NCBI GenBank assembly: GCA_963733255.1
Contig: CAVTCH010000019.1
Location: forward strand, 452,328 to 516,327
Source of the DNA: an uncultured Actinomycetes bacterium
Lineage (GTDB): Bacteria; Actinomycetota; Thermoleophilia; UBA2241
Length of the DNA stretch: 64,000 nt
Direction of reading: 5' to 3'
Shown here: positions 62,892 through 64,000 of the stretch, one piece after another
Numbering within the stretch: position 1 is the stretch's first letter
Layout: the number at the start of each line of letters is the position of its first letter
The notes under the pieces: generated by a model
Databases searched by the model: none
Seen by the model: the letters and a program-made list of their open reading frames with translations, nothing else
Told to the model about the DNA's origin: nothing
Program-made: the position numbers and the translations under genes

Positions 62892-63998
62892 TTACTTCAG
62901 CGGCAGCAGCACGACGCGCGTGACGCGGCCGATCTCCTGCGAAGCCTTGAGGCGCGGGCCGACCAGACGCAGCGGGAACGTAGAGCTGCCGAGCGTCAGG
63001 CCGTCGCGAGTCCAGGCGAGCACGACGTTGCGCCGGCCGTCGCCCTGGTAGACGATCAGGCGCGAGCTCACGATTCGCTTCAGCCCGGTCGAGGAGATGA
63101 CCTCGACGCGGTAGCCCTTGGTCGCGCGGACCGCATTGAAGGTCATGGTATTGCCGCCGTCGACCTCACCGACCAGCATGTAGAGCGGCACGCCGCGCCA
63201 CTTGTGGGCGAGCGTCGTGTAGGCGCCGTTGTGCGAGAATTCGTGGCAGTTCACGCAACTGGAGTAGTCGTTTCGCCTGATCGTGCGCGTCTGTCGCACG
63301 CCGTTGATCTTGAGCCCGGTGAGCTTGAGGCTCCAGTCCTTGGCCACCGAATCGACCACGTTCAGCTTGACGAGGTACTTGACGCTGTCGCTGCCGGTCA
63401 TGACCACGTTCTCGCTCGTGGCATTGCCGTCGGCGACCGCCAGGCGCAGAGGGCCGTCGCCGGCGGGCGGCGGACTCGGGTCGAACACGTGGCCGGCGGG
63501 ATCGCTGTACAGGAGGATCGGCGCGAACGGCCCAGTGTAGCTCGTCGACGACACCGGCTTCTTGGTGGTCGCGTCGTACAGCTGGGTCATCTGATCGACG
63601 TTGGTCAGCTGCGCGTCGGAGTACGTCTGCACGTAGTCGTCGGACCCGATGAACTCCACCGACTGGTTCGCGCCGAGCGGCGCGCCCAGCACATCCTCGA
63701 GGACGTCGGACAGCGCGATCCCCGACACGGCGTCGGGACCGTAGACGATGTTGCCGCTGTTCATGAACCCGGTCCAGCCGTTGAACACGGCGGCGCCCGG
63801 ACTCGACGCGGGCAGCGCCTGCAGGTCGGCCAGCGTGTACTCCTTCACGAAGGCGCCGTTGTGGCCCACCTGCAAGACGACGCTGGGCGACGGCGAGGGC
63901 CACGGCGTGGTGCCGAGGGCGGTCCCGCCGCGCGTCGCCCCCCGCGCCACGCTTCCGGCCAGCACGACACTGGCGGCCAGGATCGCGGCGACGACCAC
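62892..63998 (-). CDS. Paralog 2 of the SO-fold-like tandem-domain secreted protein (5' end probably beyond window)
   Basis: EYTLADLQALP...GWTGF...GIALSDVL (first half). CVNCHEFSHNGAYTTLAHKWRGVPLYMLVG...FPLRLVGPRLKASQEIGRVTRVVL (second half). Signal-peptide-like N-terminus runs to the window edge. Confidence 0.45.
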   Translation of the reverse strand: MVVAAILAASVVLAGSVARGATRGGTALGTTPWPSPSPSVVLQVGHNGAFVKEYTLADLQALPASSPGAAVFNGWTGFMNSGNIVYGPDAVSGIALSDVLEDVLGAPLGANQSVEFIGSDDYVQTYSDAQLTNVDQMTQLYDATTKKPVSSTSYTGPFAPILLYSDPAGHVFDPSPPPAGDGPLRLAVADGNATSENVVMTGSDSVKYLVKLNVVDSVAKDWSLKLTGLKINGVRQTRTIRRNDYSSCVNCHEFSHNGAYTTLAHKWRGVPLYMLVGEVDGGNTMTFNAVRATKGYRVEVISSTGLKRIVSSRLIVYQGDGRRNVVLAWTRDGLTLGSSTFPLRLVGPRLKASQEIGRVTRVVLLPLK

Positions 63999-64000
63999 CA

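Noticed and set aside
1-64000. Mobile elements, prophage, integrons, rRNA/tRNA
   Set aside because: No transposase, integrase, recombinase, phage structural or attC-like sequences were recognised. No tRNA-like T-arm (GGTTCGAATCC) or rRNA segments were found by eye.

Overview
This is a 64-kb window of a very high-GC genome (about 70-73% GC by eye), gene-dense, with no rRNA, CRISPR, transposase or integrase recognisable. I could not find tRNA-like folds by eye. The NhaA-DsbA fusion, PucR and LAL-type regulators, F420-type reductase and lipoprotein-rich content suggest an actinobacterium-like or related high-GC host (inference). The high GC generates many long antisense shadow ORFs, which I discounted.

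Main content, left to right:
- An aldo/keto reductase.
- An operon of a 17-unit, 40-aa tandem-repeat (TPR-like) protein, translationally coupled to GrpE and a J-domain protein, with no DnaK in the window.
- A secreted duplicated-domain protein, a class IV aminotransferase and an orphan family-5 ABC substrate-binding protein.
- Tandem FmdB zinc-ribbon genes, then ArsR / OsmC / methyltransferase.
- An approximately 10.7-kb co-directional minus-strand array (11814-22540) that I consider the most interesting system. It has an ArsR regulator, TusA, MvhD, a large HdrA-GltD fusion (HdrL-like), a full-length HdrA, a small conserved 'hyp' protein, HdrC, a single-CCG-domain HdrB, two DsrE-family proteins, a Cys-rich protein, a gamma-CA-like protein, a DUF134 regulator and a NifX/NifB-like protein. 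This looks like an NAD(P)H-linked heterodisulfide-reductase-like module wired to sulfur-carrier proteins.
- An MFS exporter; a PfkB kinase divergent from a class II aldolase; a HATPase-PAS-GAF sensor; a cupredoxin lipoprotein; DUF488; a stand-alone HisD; bacterioferritin; an AsnB-like protein lacking the N-terminal Cys; and an NhaA-DsbA fusion.
- A PucR-regulated catabolic cluster: Fe-ADH, ornithine carbamoyltransferase, NCS1 permease, CN-hydrolase, DDAH/amidinotransferase-like.
- UppP, a CPA antiporter, an LAL/LuxR regulator, DUF2252, a metallophosphoesterase and an NHL beta-propeller membrane protein.
- A molybdate/tungstate-type ABC transporter translationally coupled to two tandem paralogous lipoproteins whose C-terminal halves look like sulfite-oxidase-fold (YedY/MsrP-like) molybdopterin domains.

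Several short tandem DNA repeats (18-bp x4, 17-bp x4, 17-bp x3, 29-bp x2) sit in promoter regions, and several perfect GC-rich palindromes act as likely bidirectional terminators.

Coordinates of gene starts are derived from the ORF track plus residue counting. A few may be off by one or two bases, or use alternative GTG/TTG starts.
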